Made by a program: the position numbers and the translations under genes. The notes under the pieces are model-generated. The model made no database searches, had not been told where the DNA came from, and saw only the letters and a list, made by a program, of their open reading frames with translations. A stretch of 64,000 bases of DNA from assembly GCA_964607415.1 (NCBI GenBank), contig CAZSKK010000001.1:260190-324189 (forward strand), given 5' to 3'. Positions 47,991 through 57,726 of the stretch are shown here, in pieces. This stretch comes from an uncultured Candidatus Saccharibacteria bacterium (GTDB lineage Bacteria > Patescibacteriota > Dojkabacteria > J137). Numbering within the stretch: position 1 is the stretch's first letter; each line of letters opens with the position of its first letter.

Positions 47991-48836
47991 TTAAAGCTTT
48001 ATTCCAGCTTTATCCGATTTAATAATCAAGTAATTAATAAACGACGAACTAGAAACAAGAAAGAAACGTGCATCTTCAAACTCTAACTTATCTTTGTCTA
48101 ATAGTGAATGACGTATGCCTCCTTCCTCATTAGTGTAACCATATAATTTTTTAAATGACTCTTTAAGTGCTGGGTGAATCTCAACCTTTCCTGACTTTTC
48201 AATAATGTTGAGTGCATCTCCTAGAGTAGCTTTGACATTATTTGAAATTTTTTTACAGATAGCTTCAACAGCACTTATAGATTCCTTAATTGAGTTACGA
48301 TAGTCTGGTACATTTTTATCTGAAATTTTATCAAGAGCATTTCTTAAATGAGAAGATACGTAATTAGGTGAGCTATCAATTGCACTTTCAATCTCTTCTA
48401 TTTCTTCTTTGGAAGTAATTTCCACAATACTTTCATCAACTATCCTGTAAGCAGATAATTCCCTTTCTAAAACATTATTGCAATCATTAATGAATGTATT
48501 TACATTGTAGCCAGGATAGCGTTTTATTGTAAATTCAATAAAGTCATACGCTTCATACCATTCAAACGAAAAATAATCAGCTCTTATTCCACTATATGTA
48601 TTTTTTGTATAAAGCTCTAATGTATCTAAAGGCCTCTTAAAAAAGCCAATCCAGAGAGCCTTAAAATAAGAATGCATTCTTTCATCATAACTTAACCATT
48701 CTTCTTTTCTTAACTCCTCCCAGATATAAAGTGATAAAACATTCCATAAGCCCACCTTTAAATCATCATCCATCGATTCTTTTTGAATTATTTGCTTTGG
48801 TTCCTTTATCCCTAATCTTTGCGAAAATATTACCAT
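47991..48836 (-). CDS. AbiJ-like abortive-infection candidate (N-terminal AbiJ-NTD-like region plus Abi_C/HEPN-like C-terminus)
   Basis: N-terminus MVIFSQRLGIKEPKQIIQKESMDDDLKVGLWNVL and C-terminus ATLGDALNIIEKSGKVEIHPALKESFKKLYGYTNEEGGIRHSL resemble the Abi_C conserved block as I recall it; not verified. Confidence 0.4.
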   Translation of the reverse strand: MVIFSQRLGIKEPKQIIQKESMDDDLKVGLWNVLSLYIWEELRKEEWLSYDERMHSYFKALWIGFFKRPLDTLELYTKNTYSGIRADYFSFEWYEAYDFIEFTIKRYPGYNVNTFINDCNNVLERELSAYRIVDESIVEITSKEEIEEIESAIDSSPNYVSSHLRNALDKISDKNVPDYRNSIKESISAVEAICKKISNNVKATLGDALNIIEKSGKVEIHPALKESFKKLYGYTNEEGGIRHSLLDKDKLEFEDARFFLVSSSSFINYLIIKSDKAGIKL

Positions 48837-48956
48837 GAATTTACTTTAAGAATTTAACTTAACAATTATACCTCTTTGTGCAAAAATCTTGCCGACAAAA
48901 TTTGTATTATTACATTAAGTTTTAGGATTATGTTGAAAGAGGAAAGTTTAACCTTT

Positions 48957-48985
48957 AAGCGCCTCTTTCGAGGCGCTTTTTTAGA
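48957..48985. terminator. Hairpin AAGCGCCTC-TTTC-GAGGCGCTT followed by TTTTT (bidirectional terminator candidate)
   Basis: 9-bp GC-rich stem with a T-run on the plus strand and A-run upstream, so usable from both strands. Confidence 0.55.
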
Positions 48986-49142
48986 TTACTTCTGCTAAAT
49001 GCAAAAGGTATACAAAAAGACCTGTTGGGATTATAAACAATGCCCAACCTAGTCCAAGGCCAACTGGTGAACCCCAGCTGAACCAGGAACCCCATGCTTT
49101 CCATGGTAGATCTTCCCATTTTTTATTTTCTGTGTTTTCCAT
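48981..49142 (-). CDS. Possible small Trp-rich membrane protein (53 aa)
   Basis: ATG-initiated ORF MENTENKKWEDLPWKAWGSWFSWGSPVGLGLGWALFIIPTGLFVYLLHLAEVI ends right before the hairpin; not in the ORF track, so treat with caution. Confidence 0.3.
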   Translation of the reverse strand: MENTENKKWEDLPWKAWGSWFSWGSPVGLGLGWALFIIPTGLFVYLLHLAEVI

Positions 49143-49309
49143 TTTAAGAAAATAACAAGTAAGTAAAATATACTTGTTCTTCTGTGTTGGCCCTTCTTAT
49201 GCTGCCTCAAGGTTAAAGACAAAGAGTTTTAATCCAACAAAACAATTATAAGCCAAACTATGCGTTTGCGCTACATAGTTTTTAGCTAATGGATTTAGTA
49301 AAATTGAGT

Positions 49310-49921
49310 ATGACAATAAAGTTCATTTACTTTGATGTTGGAGGTGTTGTAATTAAAGATTTTTCCAAAACTAATAAATGGGATCAAATGCTTTCCGATC
49401 TTAATATTTCAGGCGCTAAAAAAGAAGAATTTGAAAAGCTATTTACACCTTTTGAATCTGAAGCATGTATTGGTAGAAATATTCAAGAGTTTGTTGAAAT
49501 TGCTTCCAAAGAGCTAGGAATTACTTTTCCAAAAGACTACGCTTTTTTGAATGATTTTGTAAATAGATTTGAAACCAATGAAAGCTTATGGCCAATAATT
49601 AAAAAGATACAAGAAAAATCCAAGATTGGACTACTTACAAACATGTATCCCGAAATGCTTGGATTAATTTACGAAAGAGATCTTATGCCTGCAATCGACT
49701 TTGACGTGATAATTGATTCAAGTATTATTAAATTTAGAAAACCACAAGATGAAATTTTTAAAATTGCTGAAGATTTAGCCAAGTGTAATCCTTCAGAAAT
49801 ATTATTTATTGAAAATAGTCAGATGCATATTGATGCAGCAAAACTGCGCGGTTGGCAAACTCTACTTTATGATCCCGCTGATGTAAACACCTCCAATAAA
49901 AAGCTCCAAGAAATTATTTAG
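49310..49921 (+). CDS. HAD-superfamily hydrolase
   Basis: Motif I IYFDVGGVV near the N-terminus, K-P motif III, terminal acidic motif; start chosen at MTIKF. Confidence 0.5.
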   Translation: MTIKFIYFDVGGVVIKDFSKTNKWDQMLSDLNISGAKKEEFEKLFTPFESEACIGRNIQEFVEIASKELGITFPKDYAFLNDFVNRFETNESLWPIIKKIQEKSKIGLLTNMYPEMLGLIYERDLMPAIDFDVIIDSSIIKFRKPQDEIFKIAEDLAKCNPSEILFIENSQMHIDAAKLRGWQTLLYDPADVNTSNKKLQEII

Positions 49922-50309
49922 TTTCATTCCTTAGATACTCTATTACTTTATCAATCATTGCATTTAACATTGTAATTTCGTCTTCAGTTGTAGGTTTACC
50001 ATTAAGATAGTTAAATCTGTAACTAGTAAACTTATCTATTTCCTCACAAAGAAATTCATCCGCCACTATACCTCTTCGTTTCATCAAACATAACTGAGTC
50101 ATTACCAATCCTATATTATTTCCTCGGCATTTTAGTTTTGTATAATCAATACCAGTATCCTGTGGATTACTTTCAAGAGTATGTGTATCAATTGGTGGTA
50201 TATAATCACTATATTCAACTTGAAAATTACCAAACCATTGCAGATAAAATTCAGCAGTTTGCTCTGGTCTTTTAGTTTCATAACTTTGAAGAATTCTTAA
50301 ATCATCCAT
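49914..50309 (-). CDS. Hypothetical protein
   Basis: 131-aa ORF; no motifs. Confidence 0.35.
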   Translation of the reverse strand: MDDLRILQSYETKRPEQTAEFYLQWFGNFQVEYSDYIPPIDTHTLESNPQDTGIDYTKLKCRGNNIGLVMTQLCLMKRRGIVADEFLCEEIDKFTSYRFNYLNGKPTTEDEITMLNAMIDKVIEYLRNETK

Positions 50310-50381
50310 GATCTAATTTTACTACTCAAAGTCAAGTTTAAGTTTTGAACTTATACTGCATGTATGAAGGTATTTCTGAGC

Positions 50382-50669
50382 CTACTTCTTCTTTTTCTTA
50401 GCTCCATCAAGTTTTAAAGTATTAGACTCATCTCTATGAACACCTGTAGACCCAACATGCTTATCACCAATTTGATCTCCATTTTTTATAATGTAGACAA
50501 TTGCCATTCCGTGCCCACGCCCAAGTTCAAATTCATCTTTGAGCCAGTTTAGAATTTCACCTGCCTTTGTGTTTTTATCAAAGCCTTTCTTTTTTGCTAG
50601 GGCAATTAGCTCATTTGGAGTTTTGCCAGTTTTGGCTTCTATATTGTCTAAATATGCTTGAAATGACAT
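50382..50669 (-). CDS. DUF4287 domain protein
   Basis: MSFQAYLDNIEAKTGKTPNELIALAKKKGF matches the DUF4287 N-terminus. Confidence 0.5.
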   Translation of the reverse strand: MSFQAYLDNIEAKTGKTPNELIALAKKKGFDKNTKAGEILNWLKDEFELGRGHGMAIVYIIKNGDQIGDKHVGSTGVHRDESNTLKLDGAKKKKK

Positions 50670-50684
50670 AATTCGTTTTAAAAG

Positions 50685-51059
50685 TTAATACAATTTATCT
50701 TGTCCGATTCTTTTTAAATTTGCATCCAAACTATACTTTACAATCTCTTTAATCAAATCATAAGGAATTGGATCTTTAAGTTGAAACTGCATTGTGCCCT
50801 TGCCTTTTATATACGGTTTTACTTTCTCTTCAATGTCTTTAGGAAATGATGGAATTGGATATATCCCAATGTGATTTTTAAAACCTGCTAAATAAATTAC
50901 ATATTTACCATTTAATTTAAAAACTGCTACTCCATAACTTATCGATTCCACCGTTTCTTTGGGCAACTGATTTATAATCAATTTACGAATTTTTTGGAAT
51001 TCTTTTTTTGTATTTTCAGGTAAGGAATTTTTATATTCATCAACAGTTTTAAAAGCCAT
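50685..51059 (-). CDS. DUF1801 (YdhG-like) domain protein
   Basis: MAFKTVDEYKNSLPENTKKEFQKIRKLI...ISYGVAVFKLNGK pattern. Confidence 0.5.
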   Translation of the reverse strand: MAFKTVDEYKNSLPENTKKEFQKIRKLIINQLPKETVESISYGVAVFKLNGKYVIYLAGFKNHIGIYPIPSFPKDIEEKVKPYIKGKGTMQFQLKDPIPYDLIKEIVKYSLDANLKRIGQDKLY

Positions 51060-51190
51060 GATAAATTATTAAAAAATTAAATTTAAAATTGATCAAAAAT
51101 AGCCGTATTTTATCCATAATTACATTGTACATTAACTTTATTGAATAAGAAATTTTACAGTGTTAAAATCGCAGTATATTTTTTACCTGA

Positions 51191-51604
51191 ATGCTTGTGG
51201 AAAGCAATGAGAATTTTTCCCAGATTATCAATCAGACGTCACCGTATGTTGTGGAACAATACGGAAGTTTAATAGAAAAAATGAATGAAATTGATCCAAC
51301 GGTCAGTAAGCATTTTGTTTTTATAATTGGATACGCAGATGATAATGCTGAGTTACTTAATTTGAGAGAAAAACAATACGATATTCCAACATACTTAGAC
51401 TTATCTGTACTTAAACTGACTAGTTTTATTAATGAACAAATTGAAGGACTAAGCTCAGAGCATCTCACAAAAATTGGGCAAGCAGTTTCTTTAGCAAACT
51501 TACTTGCAGAACGTCAGAAGGAATCGTTGCTTTTAGCTCAAAATGGAATGGGTACAATTTTAAACATTATAGACAGTAGTAAAGGCGATAGAAAAGAAAG
51601 CTAA
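51191..51604 (+). CDS. Hypothetical protein
   Basis: 137-aa ORF; no motifs. Confidence 0.35.
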   Translation: MLVESNENFSQIINQTSPYVVEQYGSLIEKMNEIDPTVSKHFVFIIGYADDNAELLNLREKQYDIPTYLDLSVLKLTSFINEQIEGLSSEHLTKIGQAVSLANLLAERQKESLLLAQNGMGTILNIIDSSKGDRKES

Positions 51605-51638
51605 AAAAGTTTAAACAGGTTATAATTAAATGCACTTA

Positions 51639-51725
51639 GGAGAGGTGCAAGAGTGGTTGAATTGGCAGTCCTGGAAAGACTGTGTACTCCCTGGAGTACC
51701 GCAGGTTCGAATCCTGTCCTCTCCG
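51639..51725 (+). tRNA. tRNA-Ser (anticodon GGA), class II with long variable arm
   Basis: Acceptor GGAGAGG/CCTCTCC, anticodon stem CAGTC/GACTG, loop CTGGAAA, variable arm GTACTCC-CTG-GAGTAC, T-arm GCAGG-TTCGAAT-CCTGT, discriminator G. TATAAT lies at 51621-51626. Confidence 0.85.
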
Positions 51726-51791
51726 ATTAAACTAGGCCATAATAAATATTCCTTTTCCTTCTAATAAAGAAAATCTGATAAAATAATCATC

Positions 51792-52097
51792 ATGACTAAA
51801 AAAAGTATTTCAGGTGGCACTGTCCATAAACTTTCTCCAGATTTAAAAGAAGCTTTAGCTTCTGATCCCAAAGCTTTAGAAGCATGGGAAAGTCTTACTC
51901 CACTTGCACGTAACGAATGGATTTGTTGGGTTATGTTTGTAAAAAAAGAAGAAACCAGAAAAGAACATGTTAAAAGAGTTGTATCTGAATTAAAAGAAGG
52001 CAAGCGAAGACCTTGTTGCTGGTTAGGTTGCATTCATCGAACAGATAAAAAAATAAGCCCATCAGTTCAATCAGTTTTGAACAAAAGATCCAAATAG
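51792..52097 (+). CDS. YdeI/OmpD-associated family protein
   Basis: LTPLARNEWICWVMFVKKEETRKEHVKRVVSELKEGKRRPCCW. Confidence 0.5.
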   Translation: MTKKSISGGTVHKLSPDLKEALASDPKALEAWESLTPLARNEWICWVMFVKKEETRKEHVKRVVSELKEGKRRPCCWLGCIHRTDKKISPSVQSVLNKRSK

Positions 52098-52172
52098 AGT
52101 TGCTTCAAAATTTCAACTTGTACACCTAGGCACACATTTATATAAATCAACTTACTTATTATCATCCCCGAA

Positions 52173-52544
52173 ATGGACATGCCTACTGAACCAAATCCAG
52201 ATACACAAACGAAAACAGAAAAAGAGAATGCAATTGCAAACTTGGTAATTGAATATTTTAATAATTTTTGCAGAAGTGAAGAAAGGTTTAATTTTGCTTT
52301 AAATATTACAAAGGCTAGTAATGAGAAACCTTTTCCACTACGGTTTGAAGTTCGCGAAATCTTTTATCCGATGTTTCTGATTGAATACGCAGAATTAGTC
52401 AAAAACATAAGTGGTAATAGTATTTTGGGAGTTAATGATGAATTCCCAATTTTGAAAAGTTCAACAAGTAAGCATCATAACTACAAAATAATATTTACTG
52501 TCGACCTGAAATGGGTTACAGAATTACCTCCTTTTTCATTCTGA
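52173..52544 (+). CDS. Hypothetical protein
   Basis: 123-aa ORF; no motifs. Confidence 0.35.
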   Translation: MDMPTEPNPDTQTKTEKENAIANLVIEYFNNFCRSEERFNFALNITKASNEKPFPLRFEVREIFYPMFLIEYAELVKNISGNSILGVNDEFPILKSSTSKHHNYKIIFTVDLKWVTELPPFSF

Positions 52545-52605
52545 TATAATATATTACAAATTTGTATAGCTATTACTTTAATCTTAAACTTATACTTAAA
52601 CTCGT

Positions 52606-52887
52606 ATGTATCCACTTTTTGGTAAATTTACAGCTAAACCGGAAAATAGACAAAAACTTTATTTAATCCTAAAAGAAAGTGCTAAGAGGCTTGAAGCTGA
52701 AGTAGAGGGTTGCATTTTTTACAAAGTCTATCTTGATAAAAATGATTCTGAAGCTATCTGGATTTTTGAACTTTGGGAAGACAAAAAATTCCACGATGAT
52801 TCACTTAAACTTGAAAATGTCATTAATGTAATAAAAGATGCAAAGCCTTTAATTACAGAAATAAATCATATTGATTTAAAAATATAA
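52606..52887 (+). CDS. Antibiotic biosynthesis monooxygenase (ABM) domain protein
   Basis: 93 aa; IWIFELWEDKKFHDDSLKLENV pattern of ABM/YgiN-like proteins. Confidence 0.5.
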   Translation: MYPLFGKFTAKPENRQKLYLILKESAKRLEAEVEGCIFYKVYLDKNDSEAIWIFELWEDKKFHDDSLKLENVINVIKDAKPLITEINHIDLKI

Positions 52888-52888
52888 A

Positions 52889-53236
52889 ATGAGTATAACT
52901 CATACAAAAACTTTAACCAATGGCGACAAAATTGACATTTTTAAATTAATTCAACTTCTTAAAAGTAGGCCAGTAGTTACAAAAAGTATTGATGAGCTGC
53001 CTATTCCCAACAAAAGTAAAAAAACGGGGTTTTCCCAAAAGCGATTAAAAGTAGCCGATATATCTTTCCCAATAATTATAGATAAAGATAATAATATTAT
53101 TGATGGAAGACATAGATTAGCAAAGTTAGTGAAGCAAGGTGAAGAAAAAATAAAAGTGATTATTGCAACAGATTTTGATCTAAAAAGCTGCGCAATCGTT
53201 AGTGGTAGCAAGCTGACTGATTATTCTGAAATTTAA
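52889..53236 (+). CDS. ParB-like nuclease (ParBc/sulfiredoxin-fold) domain protein
   Basis: IIIDKDNNIIDGRHRLAKL contains the ParB N-terminal DGxHR motif. Confidence 0.45.
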   Translation: MSITHTKTLTNGDKIDIFKLIQLLKSRPVVTKSIDELPIPNKSKKTGFSQKRLKVADISFPIIIDKDNNIIDGRHRLAKLVKQGEEKIKVIIATDFDLKSCAIVSGSKLTDYSEI

Positions 53237-53528
53237 TAGTTTTCTTTTTATAGTGTACTTCGGCCATGTTATAGGTTTACTTGAAATTGATGGCTATGCT
53301 CACCTAATCTTTATAGAACCTAGCTTATGCTACTTTTAAACAACTTGCCTTAAATACAACAAGTATATCTTTTAATTTTACTCTAAAGCTTTAACTCAAC
53401 AAGTTTGTATTTTCATTTTGAGAAAAAATGACAATGTATTAGAATTTAGTATGCTCAATTCGCTGACTTCAACTACCGAAGCTCAGAAATTTATCTTCAA
53501 AGTCTTTACTTTTTATTCTTTATACCCT

Positions 53529-55235
53529 ATGAGGAAAGTACCACTCAAAGCGTTTGGCGTTTTTGCCTTGACGCTGGTTCTTACTTTGTCTGGTTTTTCA
53601 ATGTTTCTAAGTAGCGTACATGCTACGCCGCTTTCAACGTTACAAGAAGATTTTGTAGACTTGGACGACTGGACAAACCTTCACGATAACCTTTATAGTT
53701 CTTCCATAAGCTCTGGTGAATTACTCTTTGCAAACATTCATAGTTTAGGTGTTGGAAAATTAGAATCTGAGTACGTAGAAGTTTCTAATTTACCCCATAC
53801 TTTAACTTACAGAACAAAAACTCAAGGTGCAAAATTTGTAAGAATTCAAGTAAAAGGGTTTGATTCTGATTTTGAACCAACTGAAGAATTTACCTGTACT
53901 GAAGAAAATCTGGAAGGAACAGTTGCGTACGATGAATATGAATGTCCGGTTACACTGTCTGAAGAGAACATAAATACTAGATATGTAAAAGTTACTATTA
54001 TGTTTAAAGCTAAAGTTCCTGGAGGGAAAACATGGTTTGATTATATTTATTTAGACGAAGATACAGTTACTGCAAAGACGTGGCAAGAATTAGGTTCAGG
54101 ATCAGCTTCATCAAACGGAATTTCTAATACTTCAACTGCATCAGAATTGTGGGGCTTGGAATATGATTCCAATGATAATCCTGTTGTAGGCTGGATAGAT
54201 ACGGATACAGGTGTAAGCCATGTTCAAAAATTTAACGGTACTAGTTGGGATGAGCTTGGAGACCCAGGAGATCAAGGTGGATATCTTGCGTTTGACTCAA
54301 ATGATGATTTATATGTAACCTGGTGGGCTCAACAATCTGGCGGTGATAACGAAATCTATGTTAAAAAGTTTGATGGAACAGATTGGGTTGATGTTGGTTC
54401 AGGTTCTGGATCAGGTGGAGGAATTAGTAATAATTCAACTGATTCAGTTGGCCCAAGAATGGTTATAGACTCGAACGATAATATTTATGTAATCTGGCAT
54501 GATGCAGATTCAGGGGATTATGAAATTTATGTAAAAAAATTTAACGGCACAAATTGGGTAGATGCTGGTACTAACTCTTCTTCAAGCGGAGGAATTAGCA
54601 ATAACGGTGGACACTCTTTCATAACTGATATAGAGCTAATGGCTGATGGTGTAACACCAGTAGCCGCATGGCAAGATCAATCAGGTGGAGGTAATAATGT
54701 TTATATGAAAAAATTTAATGGCACAAGCTGGATTGAACTTTACTCAGGCTCTGCCTCAAGTGGTGGGGTTACAGGCAGTAATCAAGCCGGCTTTAGATCA
54801 ATGGCTATTGACTTAACTGACAATATTTACATAACATGGATTGATTACAAATCTCAAGGATCTAATGAAGATATTTACGTAAAAAGATTTGATGGCAGTA
54901 ATTGGTATGAAGTTGGTACTGGTTCGGCATCAAGCTCTGGAATTGGAAATACAGGAACCACATGGGGACATGTTGATATAAATCTAGACGAAAATGGACT
55001 TCCATATGTTGCCTGGGCTGAAACAAATGGTGGTGACTTTGAAACATTTGTAAAGAGATTTGACGGAACAAGTTGGGTTAGTATTGCAGGTTCTGGAACT
55101 GGAACGGGTATTAGTAATACTTCTGCAAGATCTTCCTCACCAAGGGTTAGGATATCATCAACGGGTGTCCCTCTGGTTGCATGGATTGATGCTACACCTG
55201 GAAATGATGAAATTTTTGTAAAGTGGTATAAGTAA
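53529..55235 (+). CDS. Secreted repeat protein, probable 7-bladed beta-propeller
   Basis: Signal peptide MRKVPLKAFGVFALTLVLTLSGFSMFLSSVHA, then about seven ~55-aa repeats each with [YF]VKKF[ND]GT.W...G.GS.SSGGIS. Confidence 0.5.
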   Translation: MRKVPLKAFGVFALTLVLTLSGFSMFLSSVHATPLSTLQEDFVDLDDWTNLHDNLYSSSISSGELLFANIHSLGVGKLESEYVEVSNLPHTLTYRTKTQGAKFVRIQVKGFDSDFEPTEEFTCTEENLEGTVAYDEYECPVTLSEENINTRYVKVTIMFKAKVPGGKTWFDYIYLDEDTVTAKTWQELGSGSASSNGISNTSTASELWGLEYDSNDNPVVGWIDTDTGVSHVQKFNGTSWDELGDPGDQGGYLAFDSNDDLYVTWWAQQSGGDNEIYVKKFDGTDWVDVGSGSGSGGGISNNSTDSVGPRMVIDSNDNIYVIWHDADSGDYEIYVKKFNGTNWVDAGTNSSSSGGISNNGGHSFITDIELMADGVTPVAAWQDQSGGGNNVYMKKFNGTSWIELYSGSASSGGVTGSNQAGFRSMAIDLTDNIYITWIDYKSQGSNEDIYVKRFDGSNWYEVGTGSASSSGIGNTGTTWGHVDINLDENGLPYVAWAETNGGDFETFVKRFDGTSWVSIAGSGTGTGISNTSARSSSPRVRISSTGVPLVAWIDATPGNDEIFVKWYK

Positions 55236-55287
55236 TTTGGTATCAAGAGCGGCTCAGAAAAAATTTCTGAGCCGCTTAAATAATTGT

Positions 55288-56313
55288 TTAAGCAGCTTTT
55301 TTAGCACTAAAAGATAAATAACCCACTCCTTTATATAATTTAACAATACTGCCCCAGAATTTCTTGACTAATGTTGTTCCAGAAGTGCCATAATAATGAT
55401 TAAGTGGTTCATCAAGTGCGCCTTGATTTAAAAGATCCTGAACCATAGGCATTAATGGTCCCATATACGGCGTAAGTTCGTTAACTTGTACATCAGTAAA
55501 TCCTCCACTAACAAGTAATTCTTCCAGTTTTTCTGGCGCAATAAACCCTGGAGAAGCAAAGCCTTTTTTCATTAAAACTTTGCCCCAAAATGGTACGTTT
55601 GAAAGGTAGGGGTTTGTTCCAGCGAAAACTCCACCGGGAAGCAATGTCAATCTTGCGTTTTCAATAACTCTAGGAACATTTGTGTGCAAAAGCATCTCTT
55701 GCGCCAAAACTACATGTGCAGGTCCTAAATCAGGGTTGAAACCTTCAACACTTCCTCTTAAATATCTAATGTTACTCCTTAGTGTTATCTCAGGATCCTC
55801 AATCATCTTAGCTGCAATCTCGTTCCCTCTTGCAAGTTGTTTTGGTGAGATATCTATACCTATAAATTGACAATTAGAATAAAGGAGAGCTCCAGCTCTC
55901 TCTGCTCCACCTGCACCACATCCAAAACCCTGTATAATCATTCCATCTTGCATGCCTGAAATTTCAAATAGGTGCTTAGTTGCAGCATACTGTGCTTCTG
56001 CAGGTGTAGAATAATTTCTAAAAAAAAGTCCTACATGACTACCTGTGCAATACTCTAGCGGAACTATAACATTGCCTTCCTGTACTATTTTTTCTCTGCC
56101 AACTCCCCAAGCTGCAAGCCAAAAATCTGCAGTTGCTTCATACACTGCGGCTACATTGCCTGTAAATATTCCATTGGCTAAATTCATTAATAAGGGCTTA
56201 TTGTTTTCAGGAATATCAGTTGCTAACTCTATCTGATAGCTTATCTTTTTTAGCTTTTCTGTTGGGTTTGGATCTTCAAAAAATTCAGAATCCAAGTTTG
56301 TTTGATCACTCAT
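55288..56313 (-). CDS. Class I SAM-dependent methyltransferase
   Basis: GFGCGAGGAERAGALL motif I and IGIDIS motif II. Confidence 0.5.
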   Translation of the reverse strand: MSDQTNLDSEFFEDPNPTEKLKKISYQIELATDIPENNKPLLMNLANGIFTGNVAAVYEATADFWLAAWGVGREKIVQEGNVIVPLEYCTGSHVGLFFRNYSTPAEAQYAATKHLFEISGMQDGMIIQGFGCGAGGAERAGALLYSNCQFIGIDISPKQLARGNEIAAKMIEDPEITLRSNIRYLRGSVEGFNPDLGPAHVVLAQEMLLHTNVPRVIENARLTLLPGGVFAGTNPYLSNVPFWGKVLMKKGFASPGFIAPEKLEELLVSGGFTDVQVNELTPYMGPLMPMVQDLLNQGALDEPLNHYYGTSGTTLVKKFWGSIVKLYKGVGYLSFSAKKAA

Positions 56314-56746
56314 ATTATTTTTGTTAAAAATTAAAATCTTTTAGCTTGCTAATTAGGATGTTAGACACGTGAATAAAACTTCTACTAATAGAAGTCATTT
56401 ATATTTAAATATTTGAAAAAATTAATAAAGACCTTGTTTTGAACGGGAATGGGTGTACTTTTACTTAAATTTTTGCTTCCGTCGGTTGACATTGGATAGA
56501 CAAAAATTAAATTTATTCGATTCTATCATTTTAATATCTTTTTACAAGGACTACTCATTAATATTTTCAAAAGAACTTGTTTTAACATAAGTAATTTACT
56601 AAAAATTCGCTATTAATATTTTGTCGATAATTGTCGGAAGACTGAATATAAACCATATCTACTCAATCTAAACTTTACACCAGAAAAATTCAATCTATTT
56701 TCAGCAATAATGTATACTGTAATTGTAGTCATTAAACCTTATAACT

Positions 56747-57130
56747 ATGAAATTAAATGCTGTAGGTGTAACATCAAAAAACATTAGTAAATCAGTTGAA
56801 TTTTACAAAACTTTAGGTCTTAAATTTCCCGAATTTAAAAAAGATGATCAGCACGTTGAATCAATTTCAGAAAGCGGCTCAATAAAATTAATGATAGATA
56901 GCCCTAGCCTTATTTTTGATATAATTGGACAAACACCAGCTCCATCTAATCACTCCGCTTTTGCAATCGAATATAAAGATGCAAACGAAGTTAATAAAAT
57001 TATTAAAAATTTAAAAGAAAAAGGATTTGAAGTTTTCAAGGAGCCTTGGGATGCATTTTGGGGACAACGGTACGCAATAGTTAAAGATCCTGGTGGATAT
57101 TTAGTTGATTTATATGCTTATCAAAAATAG
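56747..57130 (+). CDS. VOC/glyoxalase/bleomycin-resistance family protein
   Basis: 127 aa; N-terminal MKLNAVGVTSKNISKSVEFYKTLGL pattern. Confidence 0.55.
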   Translation: MKLNAVGVTSKNISKSVEFYKTLGLKFPEFKKDDQHVESISESGSIKLMIDSPSLIFDIIGQTPAPSNHSAFAIEYKDANEVNKIIKNLKEKGFEVFKEPWDAFWGQRYAIVKDPGGYLVDLYAYQK

Positions 57131-57135
57131 CCAAT

Positions 57136-57726
57136 ATGTCAAACCCCAATAAAGATTTAGACTATACATTTGAAAAACAATCACTTTATGACTTTTCTAA
57201 CACCTTCGATCACCTTGTAGGAGAAAATACTGTTGAATTTATAAAAAAGTCTCTGGCCGAAATATCAGACGATCATCAAAGAGTTGTTGATTTGGGAGCA
57301 GGAGAAGGCGTTCTGTTAAGGCAAATGCAAAATGAATTGGAAAGAACCGGAATGTCAAATATTGAATTTGAAAACGTATCACTTAGAGAAATGCGCAAGG
57401 ATGCGCAAATAGCTTCAGATACGCACTGGAATATAAAATATACCCTGCAAGATGTGAATGAATGGCTAGCAAAACAACCAAATCAAAGTATTGATGTAAT
57501 AAACACGTCACATTTACTTGAGCATTTAGAAAATCCCTTACACTCAATTATTATAATGCTAACAAAATTAAAGAACGGAGGAGTTTTATTTTGCACTGCT
57601 GAATTTATGACAAATGGTGTTTCAGATAGTGACTTAAAAGAACTATTTAAAGGACTTGAATATGCAAACTTTCAGATCAATTCGAAAAAAACAGCTAATG
57701 GCTGGGCCTTTGTTATTAAAAAATGA
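57136..57726 (+). CDS. Class I SAM-dependent methyltransferase
   Basis: VVDLGAGEGVLL motif I; stop overlaps the next gene start. Confidence 0.55.
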   Translation: MSNPNKDLDYTFEKQSLYDFSNTFDHLVGENTVEFIKKSLAEISDDHQRVVDLGAGEGVLLRQMQNELERTGMSNIEFENVSLREMRKDAQIASDTHWNIKYTLQDVNEWLAKQPNQSIDVINTSHLLEHLENPLHSIIIMLTKLKNGGVLFCTAEFMTNGVSDSDLKELFKGLEYANFQINSKKTANGWAFVIKK

